Shown: positions 25,077-38,500 of the stretch, piece by piece
Numbering within the stretch: the stretch's first letter is position 1
Layout of the letters: each line of letters starts with the position of its first letter
NCBI GenBank assembly: GCA_043228905.1
Contig: JBHGNT010000020.1
Coordinates: 5,828,001 to 5,892,000, forward strand
Origin: Azolla caroliniana
Lineage: Eukaryota; Plantae; Polypodiophyta
DNA length: 64,000 nucleotides
Reading direction: 5' to 3'
Translations under genes and position numbers: made by a program
Notes under the pieces: model-generated
The model's input: the letters and a program-made list of their open reading frames with translations, nothing else
Database searches by the model: none
What the model was told of the DNA's origin: nothing

Positions 25077-28000
25077 AACGACCTAGAAACTGTCATACGC
25101 AGGTATTCAAACACCAATCGAATGCTTCTTGATCTTCCGCATAGACGACCTCGTCTCCAACATCTGGTATCAGAGCCTGCACAGTAGTCGGTCCTTCAAT
25201 CTGCTGTCGGCCGTCGTCTCAGCCTGCACAGCATTCGGTTTCCTGCGTCATTCGAAGAAGAGAGAAGAAGAAGAGAAACGAGGCTTGCATCTCATCGCGT
25301 TAGATCATCTTCGCTTGGAGTAAACCAGCAGGTTGTACTCTGTCCCTTGTGATCGTAACCACTCGAGGTGAAATCCCCTTGTGCAACATTGACACGATCG
25401 TGCTCCACCCGGTTAAACGGCATCCGAAGAGGTAATCAAACGCCGCTCATTGTAACCACTCGGTGCAGATCGGTCTTAAGACAACAACCCCAAATTCGTG
25501 CTTCATCTGGCTGATCGACATTCGGGAGGATCAGTTGGATCCGTCTCTCTCGTTGCTGCAGTCAACCGAAGCAGAATCGGTCCAGATAATCGGTTTCAAT
25601 AATCGGTATTCGGCATATATATCCGAAACGAACCGGGCTCACTCCGACTCGGCAACATTCGGGAAGACCAGTCGGTTCTGTCCCTCAAGCTACCGGAGTC
25701 AATTCGAGCAAGTTCCGAAGCCGAACCGACTCGGGTTCAAATCCGACTAGAACGATATCGGGTGAGCCAACCGGCTGCACTCCAACAAGGTTCGTAGTCA
25801 ACTCCGAACCGAGCTCCGTCAACCGAAACCAAATTTGATGGCATCAACATCCGGCTCGTCAGAAATGAGTCTACGCAAGTTCGATGGATCGAACTTCAAC
25901 TTCTGGAAGGAACAAATGCAGGACTATCTCATAGTCAAGGGGCAAATCGATCCCATCGAAAATGAAGAACCTCCAGAAGGATACAAACCAATTGAGTGGC
26001 AGAAGCTGGACAGAATCGTCCGCGCCACGATTCGGATGCACCTATCGGAATCGGTATACTTTACGGTGCAATCGTGTACGACAGCATTTGAACTGTGGAA
26101 AACACTGTCGGACACTTACGAAAAGAAGGTCGCCGCAACAAAGATGTTTCTGATCCGGCGCCTCTACAACTTGCGGATGAAAGAATCCGACTCGGTTCAA
26201 GCACACCTCAATGAGTACGAAAGCATAAGCTCCCAAATCTCATCACAGGGGACGGCAATCGAGGATGAACTCAGAGCAATGATACTCATGAGTAGCCTTC
26301 CCTCATCATGGGAAACTTTCGTCACAACCGTGTGCAACGCGTCAACCACGGCTGTTAAATACTCCGAAGTCACGAGCGCAATCCTGACCGAAGCAGCTCG
26401 GAGAAAGTCTTTCGCCAAAGACTCAACAGACGAACCTTATGTAGTACAAGGTTCGACAGACCGATCGAACATACGAGGAAGAGATTCCTCACGGCCGCCG
26501 AACAATCCGCGAAGACGGAGCCAGTCACGGGATAACCGAATCTGCAACTATTGCAAGAAACCCGGACACATCAAAGCCGACTGCCGCGCACTCAAGAACA
26601 AGAACAACAAGAAGAGTGGCCGGCATGAGGAGATCAATTACGTCAGCTTCTCAGCTGATGTGCTACCAGACGACCCGAATATACTATCAATCGAAAATCC
26701 AGTCGGATCAGAAGTCCTACTCACGACTGAAGAGTCGAGCACATGGCTCTTAGATTCGGGCGCGTCATTTCACGTGACTCCTCATCGATCCCAATTTCGG
26801 CAATATACGATCCGTCACTCCGACTCAGTTCGAGTCGGCAACTCACAACACTGTGACATCATCGGAATCGGCACAGTAGAGCTCAACCTTGCAGGTGGCT
26901 CTACACTTGTACTCCACAATGTCCGACATGTACCCGAGCTCTCAAGGCCATTGATCTCAGTCGGACAACTAGATGAAGACGGCATTCGTGCCGGTTTTTC
27001 TTCGGGAGGGTGGACACTCCACAGGGGGAACCTCCTGCTTGCTAGAGGACCCAAGATACACTCACTATATCCGTTACATGTTACGCTCAGAGAGGGTAAC
27101 CTGTTTTTGGTGGATATTCCTGTGTCATCACTATGGCACAGAAGATTAGGACACCTCAGCAAGGCCGGCATTACGCATCTATCTAGAGCCGGATACATCC
27201 CTAAACTATCCTTCTCCGACCATCAATTCTGCGAGCATTGCCAGTATGGCAAACAAGCAGCCGCATCACACCCGACATCAGCACCAAGAGAAACGAGACC
27301 TCTCGATTTGGTCCATTCGGACGTCTGTGGCCCAATGCCGCATCAGTCTCTAGGCGGTGCCTCTTACTTCGTCACTTTTATTGACGATTCGACTCGCAAG
27401 GTGTGGGCTTATCCGATTCGCACCAAAGATCGGGTCTTCTCGATCTTCTCAGATTGGCTCGCTATGGTAGAAAATCAAACCGACCGAAAACTGAAATGCT
27501 TTCGGACCGACAATGGGGGAGAGTTCAAATCCGAAGAATTCGTCAAATTCTGCCGACAACGCGGCATCCGACGTGAGTTTACGGCACCACACAGTCCGGA
27601 GCAAAACGGGATTGCAGAGCGAATGAATCGGACAATCCAAGAACGGATAGTTTCCATGCTCCAACACTCCGGACTGTCGGATGGCTTCTGGGCAGAGGCT
27701 CTACTCACGGCAGTACACATAATCAATATGTCGCCAAGTAGACCTCTAGGACTTCAAATTCCTCAGGAACTATGGATCGGCAGTAAGCCGAATTACGACA
27801 AGCTGAGGATCTTCGGATGCGAGGCGTACGCCCTTATTCCGAAAGATGATCGCCGAAAACTTGCACCTCGGTCCAGGAAATGCATTTTCCTCGGATATGG
27901 ATCCGACGGCGAAATGGGATACCGACTCTGGGATCCCGAACGCAGACAAATCGTCCGAAGTTCGGACGTTGTGTTCAACGAGTCGGCTATGAATCCATCA

Positions 28001-30216
28001 GTCGAAAAACCGATCGAAGTCCGAAGGGTAACATTTTCCGATGTGCCGACCCTTCAAGAAGGCCCCGCTCTCAACACACGGTCAGCTTCACGGGTAGCTG
28101 AACCTTACACTACCGACTCGGACAACTCCGACTCGGCACAGCAGAACAATCCGCTTTCGGACCATCCGACCTCGATACCCGATGCGACCAGTCCAATCAT
28201 ACCTCGACGATCCGAGAGACTGTCGCAACCTCCGGAGAGGTATTCTCCTGGAATTTTCTTCACCGACGCCGGTGAACCGACGTCTTACGAAGAAGCATCG
28301 ACATCTGTCGATTCCGCCACCTGGCATCTGGCGATGGAGTCGGAAATGCACTCCATTCGGGCAAACAAGACTTGGGATCTGGTCGAATTACCTAGGAACC
28401 GACGTGCTCTTCCTTGCAAGTGGGTCTATCGACTAAAAGAGACGTCTGATTCGACCACCCCAAAGTACAAGGCCAGATTAGTTGCGAAGGGCTTCCGACA
28501 AGAATATGGCGTCGACTTCGACGAGATTTTTTCACCAGTGGTGAAAATGACAACCCTTCGTTTTCTACTCGGCGTAGTGGCAGCCGACAACCTGGAGCTG
28601 ATTCAGCTAGATGTCAAAACAGCATTCCTCCATGGTGATCTTGAAGAGGAAATTTATATGGAGCAGCCAAAAGGCTTCGTTGCTACTGGCCAAGAACATC
28701 TAGTCTGCCGACTTAGGAAGAGTCTATACGGCCTCAAACAGGCACCACGACAATGGTACAAGAAGTTCGACGACTTCATCCAATCGATCGGCTTCTCAAA
28801 AAGCGATGAGGACCATTGTCTCTTCACCAACACAGCTCAAGATGGATCACCCATCTTCCTCATCATTTACGTGGACGACATGCTAATCTCTGGACGCCAC
28901 GCGGGCGAACTTGCTGATCTCATTCGGCAACTGCGGTTGAAGTTTGCCATGAAGGACCTCGGTCCGGCACGACACATACTCGGCATAAAGATTAGTCGGC
29001 ATCGCGATAAACGACATCTTTTTTTGTCTCAGACCGACTATATCCGACGTGTCTTGGAACGCTTCAACATGCAATCAGCCAAATCTGCTTCAATCCCGCT
29101 CCCAATGAATCTTCGGCTCTCTCAGCGAGACTGCCCGACATCCGGCCCGGAGGGGGAAGATATGAAGTCGGTACCGTATGCACCGGCAGTCGGCTCCCTT
29201 ATGTACCTGATGGTCGCGACACGGCCTGATATTTCTCACGCCGTAGGAGTCGTTAGCAGATTTATGCACAATCCTGGCCGATCGCATTGGAACGCAGTCA
29301 AGCATGTGTTCAGATATCTGGCTGGCACAAAAGACCATGGCATTCTTTTCGGTCCGAACCGAACCTCAGGCGTAGTCGGTTACACCGACTCGGACTTCGC
29401 CGGCTGTATAGACAGTCAGAAATCAACAACCGGATACTGCTTCAAATTCGGCAATGGAGCAATTTCGTGGAAGTCGAAACTTCAGGAGTGCACAGCGACC
29501 TCAACGACCGAAGCAGAATATGTAGCTGCGTCCGACGCAGCAAAAGAAGCCTTATGGCTCGGTCGGCTGGCGCACACGTTTCGGCAAGTCGATCATGACT
29601 CGGCCCCAGTTGTCTATAGCGACAGTCAAGGTGCTGTTGCCTTGTCGAAAAATCCGGTTCACCACAACGCCTCCAAACATATCGACGTTCGATATCACTT
29701 CGTTCGGGACTGCGTCATCTCAGGGAAAATCGGTCTAGAGAAAATATCCACAACCGACAATGTCGCAGATGGAATGACCAAGTGTCTTTCGGCAGACCGC
29801 TTTCGGTCTCTTCGGCATCAGATGGGCGTAACGACAAACCAGTCCGGTTAGAGCCGGACACAGCGCAGGATGGTTTCCGACAACCGACATCAGTTCCTTA
29901 ATGATCGGCTTCAACTCTTCCGACCCGACCAGTTCGGTCTTCTGCCTTTGGACCCTGCCGACTCGAACAAAAACTGATATGTCCGAGAACCTAAGTTTAT
30001 ACCTGTAATCTTAGATAACCCATGTATACGCCCATTACGGGGGAGTGTCGAATACAAGTGTATAATGGACGTACTCACACTATCCCTTCGGGCCATTTGT
30101 GTAATTAGCATAAATGGTAGTTGCCCTAAGTCGGTCACTATATATAGTGACCTTGTAACCTTCTTGTAAGGTTGGGTGTTGTATTATTGTTTCTATTGAA
30201 TAGAAAGTCTTTTGTG

Positions 30217-30251
<35 letters not shown>

Positions 30252-30337
30252 AACGACCTAGAAACTGTCATACGCAGGTATTCAAACACCAATCGAATGC
30301 TTCTTGATCTTCCGCATAGACGACCTCGTCTCCAACA
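24871..30337 (+). mobile_element. Copia-F, intact; LTRs 24871-25162 and 30046-30337; TSD CTTGG
   Basis: Two 292-bp TG...CA LTRs that look identical. PBS TGGTATCAGAGCC at 25165-25177, PPT GGGGGAG before 30046, CTTGG on both flanks. Confidence 0.98.
25838..29851 (+). CDS. Ty1/Copia gag-pol polyprotein (Gag, CCHC, protease, integrase, RT, RNase H)
   Basis: Uninterrupted ORF with CNYCKKPGHIKADC, WLLDSGAS, HSDVCGP/TDNGGEF/NGIAER, QLDVKTAFLHG, YVDD and KHIDVRYHF. Confidence 0.97.
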   Translation: MASTSGSSEMSLRKFDGSNFNFWKEQMQDYLIVKGQIDPIENEEPPEGYKPIEWQKLDRIVRATIRMHLSESVYFTVQSCTTAFELWKTLSDTYEKKVAATKMFLIRRLYNLRMKESDSVQAHLNEYESISSQISSQGTAIEDELRAMILMSSLPSSWETFVTTVCNASTTAVKYSEVTSAILTEAARRKSFAKDSTDEPYVVQGSTDRSNIRGRDSSRPPNNPRRRSQSRDNRICNYCKKPGHIKADCRALKNKNNKKSGRHEEINYVSFSADVLPDDPNILSIENPVGSEVLLTTEESSTWLLDSGASFHVTPHRSQFRQYTIRHSDSVRVGNSQHCDIIGIGTVELNLAGGSTLVLHNVRHVPELSRPLISVGQLDEDGIRAGFSSGGWTLHRGNLLLARGPKIHSLYPLHVTLREGNLFLVDIPVSSLWHRRLGHLSKAGITHLSRAGYIPKLSFSDHQFCEHCQYGKQAAASHPTSAPRETRPLDLVHSDVCGPMPHQSLGGASYFVTFIDDSTRKVWAYPIRTKDRVFSIFSDWLAMVENQTDRKLKCFRTDNGGEFKSEEFVKFCRQRGIRREFTAPHSPEQNGIAERMNRTIQERIVSMLQHSGLSDGFWAEALLTAVHIINMSPSRPLGLQIPQELWIGSKPNYDKLRIFGCEAYALIPKDDRRKLAPRSRKCIFLGYGSDGEMGYRLWDPERRQIVRSSDVVFNESAMNPSVEKPIEVRRVTFSDVPTLQEGPALNTRSASRVAEPYTTDSDNSDSAQQNNPLSDHPTSIPDATSPIIPRRSERLSQPPERYSPGIFFTDAGEPTSYEEASTSVDSATWHLAMESEMHSIRANKTWDLVELPRNRRALPCKWVYRLKETSDSTTPKYKARLVAKGFRQEYGVDFDEIFSPVVKMTTLRFLLGVVAADNLELIQLDVKTAFLHGDLEEEIYMEQPKGFVATGQEHLVCRLRKSLYGLKQAPRQWYKKFDDFIQSIGFSKSDEDHCLFTNTAQDGSPIFLIIYVDDMLISGRHAGELADLIRQLRLKFAMKDLGPARHILGIKISRHRDKRHLFLSQTDYIRRVLERFNMQSAKSASIPLPMNLRLSQRDCPTSGPEGEDMKSVPYAPAVGSLMYLMVATRPDISHAVGVVSRFMHNPGRSHWNAVKHVFRYLAGTKDHGILFGPNRTSGVVGYTDSDFAGCIDSQKSTTGYCFKFGNGAISWKSKLQECTATSTTEAEYVAASDAAKEALWLGRLAHTFRQVDHDSAPVVYSDSQGAVALSKNPVHHNASKHIDVRYHFVRDCVISGKIGLEKISTTDNVADGMTKCLSADRFRSLRHQMGVTTNQSG

Positions 30338-33300
30338 CTTGGTACCGGAGTCTTACTAGCTTCCGGAATACCGAAACCTGATTAACAGCATTTTTGTTCT
30401 GGAACATTATGCCGATCTTCTCCCAGAGCTCATCAGCCTTGCTCTCTTCATTGAAGTTGTTGTACAGGCTCATGTCGATGAAGCACCGGATGTACGCCAT
30501 TGTCTTCATGTGCATCACCTCCCATATCGCGGCGTCGATTTTGTCCGGCCTCTTGTCCCCGAACTAAACCGGCAGCCAGAGGTCTTTAACCACGAGCATG
30601 TCCCTCATCTTCGACTTCCACACTGAATAGTTGGAGCCGGTGAGCTTGAACATGCCGCCAAACGAATCGTCCATTTTCTGTGTCGCTCGCTCTGATACCA
30701 CTTGACAGGAACAGATCGCTCCTTATGCGCAGCACTCGGCCACAACCGAGCTTGGAATGATACACAGAAAAACGGGAAATAAAACACGACACGAAGAAGG
30801 GAAGAGTGCGCGAGATGTTTACGTGGAAAACCCCAAACTAGGGGAAAAACCACGGCAGCTCACAGGCTGCAAACTATCACTAGGTTAGTATGTACATCGG
30901 TGAGTTCACGGAGGCAACGACCTCGTGCTCACAATCTTCGCCACAGGCGGGGGTTACAACAGAGGCAACGACCTCTTTTTCTCTCTCTCTCTCTCTCTGT
31001 ACAGTTACGCACACTCTCTATTCTTGCACCAACAAGAATGACAACGACTACTACTAAAAGTTTGCCCTAAGTCATATTTATACTAATATGACTTTTCAGC
31101 TATTTACAAATGTAGCCTCGATGGGCTCTCAGAAACATATTTACGAATATGTCTCTTCCTCCGGTTCGCATCGGGTCTACGTCATCCGGCTCTCCGTAGC
31201 CAGGTGCTCCTCATCCGGTTCTCACCGGGCCTGCACCATCCGGCTCTCCGTAGCCGGGTACTCCTCATCCGGTTCACACCGGGTCTGCGTCATCCGACTC
31301 TCCGTAGTCGGGTGCTCCTCATCCGGTTCTCACCGGGCCTGCACCATCCGGCTCTCGATAGCCGGGTACTCCTCATCCGGTTCACACCAGGCCTGCACCA
31401 TCCGGCTCTCCGTAGCCGGGTACTCCTCATCCAGGTTTCGGCCTCGGCCGAGATTGTTCGTCGGCACTGTTCTTCTCCCTTCCCATCCGGAGGGACCTGT
31501 CTCCCAACAGGTTTTGGTGGTGTAGTCGGTCACCATCATATCCCTCTGTTAGATATTGTTGAGCTCTTCACGGAGCTGCAACTTTCGGTTCGTGGCACTC
31601 GCGGCAAAATTCTTTTTTCAGATTTTCCCATGCCTCCTTTAGTGTCTTTGCATCTCAAATGTAGCCAGCATCTAATCATGCACACATGACGAAAGGCAAT
31701 ACAAGACTCTGCTTGCTCCTTGTTCCCAACCTGGAAAATCCTTCTCTGCCGACTCCGGTGCTACTTTGTTTTCTCCCTGGATTTAACTCAAGTAGCCATG
31801 CTCGAGGAGGTACTGGTGCATCACGTTGTCGGGGTAGTTGTGGTTCGTGCAGCGAAGTCACAAGGACTAAGGTTAAGGGGAGTTGAAGGAACTTTTATAA
31901 GGCTTGCGCACAAGTGTGAGGAAGATTAAGGATAAGAAGAATGAGAGTTTAAAGCAATGTGAGAGAGAGAGAGAGAGAGAGAGGAGTATAGGTTAAAAGA
32001 TAGAGACAATGTATGATTCAAGAAGCAAGATAGAGACAAAGTATGATTTAAGAAAAAAAAGTATATGATATGAACATGATGTATATAAGGAATACAACAT
32101 TTTACCAACTTTACAATGCTTGATAACAAGATAAACTCTTTCTCTACCAACTCTTGATTTGAACCCTTGACTCCAACTTGGAAACACGAGCCTCTTCACC
32201 AATAAGCTAATTTATTTGTTTGATATGTTATTCTCTAACTTTCTCTTCATTGATTCCCTTCTTGTTTTCCTTACCCCTCTTTATATAAGTATTGTCATGC
32301 ATATGGTAATGTGTGGGAGGATGGCATGCATGCAACGCATGACTTTCATGTGATGCATGATCGCCATTTGGCGTACATGCATTACATGTGATGCATGATA
32401 ATCATCATGCTCATTTGAGCTCTCATATATGAAAATAGTACAATGATGGAAATATATCTTTTAAAACAAATAGCCTAGCTTAGTGGTGTATACCTTGTGC
32501 TTGGTATACAAGGTTAAGGGTTTAAGTCTCTCCATTTTACTCCATACAACATTAAGCTTCATACTTATATCATGAAGTATATTCTTTATAATTCCTTTAA
32601 AAATAAGTAGCCTAGCCTAGGGGTACGTATATTGTACTTTATACATAAGGGTGTGGGTTCAAGTCTTTCAAATACTACTAAATACAATATTTAAGTTCAT
32701 TTTTATATCGTGAAGCACATTCTTCACGACACCACCCCCTCTGAACTTGCACATTGGTTGTGCAGAGTTCATCCAACACTTCTTTCGATTCTTTTAGTTC
32801 TTCTACTTCTTCATAAAATTCAGGCTCTAGTGACTCCCTCCTTTTAAATATTTTAATCCTTTTTCCTGCAATTGGGATACAAATTTCTGTCCCATCTAAT
32901 TCATTGAGGAAATATGTGGCCTTATCTGTTATTTTCCTAACTTCATAAGGTCCAAACCATCTTTTTGTGAACTTCTGAATAGTATTGTATTGATTATCTA
33001 GGCTACTATCATATACTAATACCTAGTCTCCCTCTTGCACCTTCCTTGGTCATATTCTTTTTATCTTGTCAAATCTATCCTTATTCTTGATTCTTGCCTC
33101 TTTCAATCTAGTAACTACTTTTTCTATGTCTTCTGTCCTAGATTGAAGTTGTTGTATCTGAATAGCAAGTAAATCTTCCCTACTCATTTCTGATTCCCAA
33201 GACAACACAACCCATGTAGTTATCTTTTCTTCAATTGGCATTATCGGCTTCTGTCTTGTGATTAATTTTGCAGGCATATATCCAGTAATAGTGCTATGAG

Positions 33301-35578
33301 TTGTCCTATCAGCCCATAGTGCATAGGGTAAGACTTTTGGCCAATCACTAACCCGTCCTTTACATGCCTTTGCTAAACCTTTGGCCCATGTCCTCTTTCT
33401 ATCTTTCCATTAGCTTCCGGATTCTATGTCGTTGTCAAAGATAGTTGAATCCCTATTTTGTCGAAAAAAATCTTGAGCTTCTTTAGAATTGAGCTCTCCC
33501 CTATCTGCTACTATCTTCCCGATACATCCATATCTACAAACAATGTCCTCCAAGATGAATTGACATACTCCTAATGTCCCTTTTGTTAGATCTTCTCTTG
33601 CAAGAACCAAGTATCTCTTTTGTCCTACTCCAAGTGGCATTGTTACCAAATCTATCATCCACTTGTAATGCACCCCCAGTGAGTATGTTGGGTGTAACTC
33701 ATCACAAAATTTTACATTTGAATAATATTGACAAGTGGGACAAGTTTCCACATACTTTTTTATTTGGTCATAGTATCGAGGCCACCAAAACCGTTCTTTA
33801 ATCTTACTGAAAGTGGCCCACACTCCTCGATGACCAGCCCATTCTTTTTCATGCAGCTCTCTGATTATCTCCTTTCTTTGCCCTTCTAAACCTATTACTC
33901 TTTGCGGGTTTCCAGTCTTGGTTTTCGGATGTCACCATAGATATCCTTCATGTAGGAAGAACTTATGGGCTTTCTTGTGAAACTATGCGAACTCTTTTCC
34001 AGATCAATCTTTATACTTGCCAGGGGTCTGTAGATACTTCCCTATTTCCTTGAATTCTTCTTCATACTCCTCTTCTAGAAACTGCATTCCTCCTTCCTGG
34101 GTAATGCTTGTGGTGAAGAATGTTTGTTCTTTGTCCTCATCGTCCGAGTCTAGAATCTCCTCTTCCTTATACCTTGCTCTTGATAACATATCTGCTACTG
34201 CATTTCTATTCCCAGAGATATGTCTAACTTCATGGTTAACTGATCTAATATAGATACACCATCTTAACATGGCTGGATCTGGAATATCACAATTAGCTAT
34301 GATACCAAGAATAGGCAAACAATCTATTTCTATTATTACTTCAACACCAATTAAGTAATCTATATCTATCTTAAGTGTTGTTACCACCCCCCATAGCTCT
34401 CTTTAACCTGTGCATATTTTCTTTGTCGACCACTAAGAACCTTCGTTCCGAATCGAACTGGATATCTTTCTTCCCCATCTTGTTGGCTTATCACCCATCC
34501 AATTCCAATGGAACTAGAGTCTACTGTGAGATATATGGGCCGACTGTAGTCAGGTTGCTTTAATGGTGGAGCTTGTGCCAAGTAAGACTTCAATTTCCTC
34601 ATTGCCTCCGAATGCTCTTCACTCCATTCAAATGTTTCTCCTTTTCTTAGGAGTCTGTGTAAAGATTCAGATAAATGGGCATAATGCGGAATCCATCTAC
34701 AATAAAAAACACATACCCCCAGAAACCTTCGTAATTCTGAGACGGATGTACATTCCTCTTGCATGTTTTGAATTGCATTGACCTTGGTGGGGGATGGCTT
34801 TCTCCCATACGGGCCACACAAATGACCAACTATTAATATCTCTTTTGCCCCAAATATTGATTTCGCCCCTGATAAGGTCAAACGTACTTCTTCCATCCTT
34901 GATATGGTCGGAAATGAATTGTCGGCAACCACTTTCGTCCAATTCCTCATTCTTCTCTTCCTCCTTGCATCCCTTAATCGGAACATCATCTAAAAAAGGC
35001 ATTCTAATCTGAAGAATAAAATCACGACGTACCTTGTTCATTCCATTCATCATATGCGCCACTGAGTTGGTCGCTCCTTGCGGCAAGGTACACATCCGTA
35101 CTAACCCTATAGGTGTCTTGATAGAAGTAATATCTTGACTTTTGATAGCAAGTTGAAATTGATCATACCTGGAGTAAAGGTCTCCCATTGAATTTATAGC
35201 TCTTCCTACAAACATATCATCAAACTCATCCACAATTGGCCCTACTCCCAAGTTTCGGATTGTTACCTTATTCACGAGTTGCATATCTTGGATAAATCGG
35301 AGCCGTCCATCTTTCTTTAACACAGGGAACCATCAACTCGAGTAGGAAGCGTTTGATGGTTCCAAGATACCCATCCTTATCTTTTCTTTCAGAAGTTCTA
35401 ATAGTTGAGGGATTCTAGCCCTAGTCATGGGCATTGGCTTAAAGTTCCATGGAATATGAGGGATAGTGAATATAACCATGGGCTCTACAATTCCTAGATC
35501 CACACACCCTATTTCCTCAAGTTGGAACGCAAACGCCTTTCCATGCCTTTTTAACATCTCCCTGAATTTCTTTTCTTC

Positions 35579-38500
35579 TGTTACTCCTAAGGGCTGGACA
35601 ATAGCCTAACACAAGGTGTCTACGGAAGACATTTCACCAAAGGGTGTTACGACGAGTTAACTTAGACTAACGATTGATTAGACCTTTATCAGCTACTTAA
35701 GCAACATATCATGAATCTTAATACACGCGTAAGATAGAAAGTAATTAGCACAGAACGGTAATCAATACACAGAGATAAGACAATAGGGCTTTATTAATTA
35801 TCCGTCCTGATTTACAATGTAACCGGGCCTTTTTATAGATCACTGGCTCTGCATACAAAATGGTGCCAACCGGCACACTGATATGAACCGGTCCGGATCC
35901 GGATCGGCATACCGATTCTGGTCCGTCCGTTCACTTCTCAAAATATACTTAATTACATAATATTCTAATAACAGCTTCCGATAATTCCTGCCCTTTTAAA
36001 TTCTGGACTGTCCTCCACTCCTTGCCGGCTGGCTAACACATGGCACGCCCGTGGGACAGTACCTTGTATATTGAATCCCACTATCTGGCCTTCAATCCTC
36101 GTCCAAAATGTCCAGAATGCTCTGATCGAGGGGTTCTAAGGGTTCTTCGGAAAGCTAATCGGATTGTTGTTGGTGCTCCTGTTGTTGTTGCTCCTCCTAC
36201 TACTGCTCCGTTGCTCCGGCTACTGCTCCGTTGGCTGTTGTTGTTGCTCCTACTGCTACGCGGACTCCGACTCTTCTAGGAATTGCTCCTCGGATAGCTG
36301 TTGTCCGGCTCTCGGTGTCGGCGGTTGTTGCAGATATTCCTCCCTTGGTTGCTCCTCCGAAGTTAAATCCGGTTGGCTTGTCGCACCCTTGCCTCTATCC
36401 ATCCTTTGCTCCGACGATTGCTCTTCATCACTGAGATTAGGGTTGGCCGATTTCTGCACTTGCGAGTGGCTGATCTGGTCTGGTTACGTCGATTGGCAAC
36501 TCTGGCTCCGGTTGGTTACCACTTGGAAGTTCCGGCTCTGGTTGTGCCTCAGTTGGCCGTTTCGGCTCTGGTTGGTCCTGGTGTGCCGGTGGTGTAGACA
36601 ACTAAATAACCGGCTCCTAAATCACGGGTCTTGTTATGTCTTGACCCGCCGGCGTAGCCTGCTACACATGGAATTCTGTGACCGGTTTTGTTTGAACTGG
36701 TTCTGATTCCACCCTTGGCTCTCGGCCCTCAGTGCGGGGTATCGGCGTCCTATCCTTCTCTGGACCCGATTGCTCCCCGGCATGGTCTGCAATGCTCTTC
36801 TTCTGGCACCGTTGGAGGTGCTTGTTGGGCTCCTCCTGAGTCCCAAGATTGATTTTCATTGCTAAGGGATATGACTCCTGTTGACCTGGTCGGCGCAATG
36901 TAATCTTTATTGGCCATGCCGGTGTTTCCTCCTGCGTCTCCGCCTGGTTAAGACTCTCTTTCGCCGTTTTTTCAGTGTCAACCTCCTTCCCTTTGGTTGC
37001 CTTAGCAACCAATAGTTGTTGCCATTTTGAAGCCATTTTGGGGGTTCCTTCGGTTGATCTCCCTCGCTTCTTCGCCGTGATGGGCTCCACTAGTGGTGCT
37101 AACAGTGTGAGCCATTGCGCCACCGCCGTCCATATTTTCTTTCCATCCTTCCCTCTTACCTAGTCGGTGGCCGCGCACAGTCCGTCGGCGATCACCACCG
37201 ACCAGTCCACCTGTATACCCTCATATGTGGCTATAATTAAACCGGCTCTGTTCCTAGGCATTGTCGGGGGTCGAGGGTGCACATGGCCAAACTCGTGGAG
37301 TACATGAGCAATCTCTCGGAATAAGCCATCCTCGTTGGCCTGTGTGTGATATGCCTTGCTGGCCAGAGAGTACTCACTGAAGTATTTCGTGAACTACTCC
37401 GGGGTAGGGTTGTTGATGGTGAAGATACCGCCTTCGGGTAGGCCCGTCAGGGCACAGATTGCCTCCTCTATGATTACTTCTGTGTCGATGTCTTTGACAA
37501 CCTTTTCCGCCTCTCTGTGTGGTGGTGCCTCCATAATCCTCAAGAATCCTTCCAATCCGTGTTGCTTCAACCACTTCTTGGCTGCCTCAGAGAGCGCCAT
37601 GCAGTCCATTTCTCCTTCTGAGTCGGTGGGTGCTAGTGAGGTAGGTGCGTTAGTGGGCTCTGGGTGTTCGCGTCTGATTATCTTTAATCGCCTGTGTGCG
37701 TTTGCAATTCTCTGTTCACGAAATGAGAAGGCCTCCATGTGTTGGAGGTTTTCTTCCTACATGTTGGCGCCTTACTCGATTCCTGCGCATGCGCGCGTCG
37801 TGCACTATAATAGCAATAAAGTGCCACATGGCGACCTTTTAATGCGCTATAAATAGCCCACTTCGTGGCTTTTCAAAGTGCTCGTTCACTCCTCCCTTGT
37901 CATGGCATGTGGTCATTCACTCCTCGCCATCGCATGATTTGGGTTTGATTTGATCTTATTTGATTTTCATTCTTTTCTTTTCTTTTGTTTTTTCTTTTTC
38001 TTCTTCTTCTTTTTTTTATTATTTTTTATTTTTATTATTTTTTAAATTCGATCTTGTTAATCCGTATCTGGCCCAAACGGACCCTTCTCCGGATTGTGGT
38101 CCCTTTCACTAGTTTTGTGCTTGCCGATTGCTTGACCGGTTATCGTCTCGTCGTGCTTACCGGTGTTCGGTTCGGTGTCAGCCTTTGTCTGTTCAAACGG
38201 GTTTCTTGGCATGGGTCCATAGTATGGTTTGAGTCGAAACCCATTGACCCATTTACCCATAACTTCTCCGATGAGTGTCCCTAGCTGGTAGGAACCGTTG
38301 AACTCTCGTGTAATCCAATATGGTCCGGTCCACCGAAACCGTAGCTTCCCCAACATCTTACCCATCCGGGTCTAGAATACAAGTACCGGCTTGCCGATCT
38401 CGAACATATTTTCGTTACCTTTCTGTTGTCGATCAACGAACGCTTTCCTTCTCCGTTGCTCCAGTTCCATGTGCATCAGACTGGCTATCTAGTGTTCCTC

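Larger units (their letters stand above)
20378..31509 (-). mobile_element. Copia-E, young but disrupted; LTRs 20378-21146 and 30703-31509; TSD GGTTT
   Basis: GGTTT at 20373-20377 and 31510-31514. PBS TGGTATCAGAGC at 30689-30700 and PPT near 21149-21158. Gag-pol has few lesions and is split by Copia-F. Confidence 0.96.

Noticed and set aside
36164-36706. Signal-peptide, Cys-rich secreted or env-like protein
   Set aside because: It is the antisense of the Gln/Glu-rich accessory tail; the poly-Leu comes from CAA/CAG repeats.
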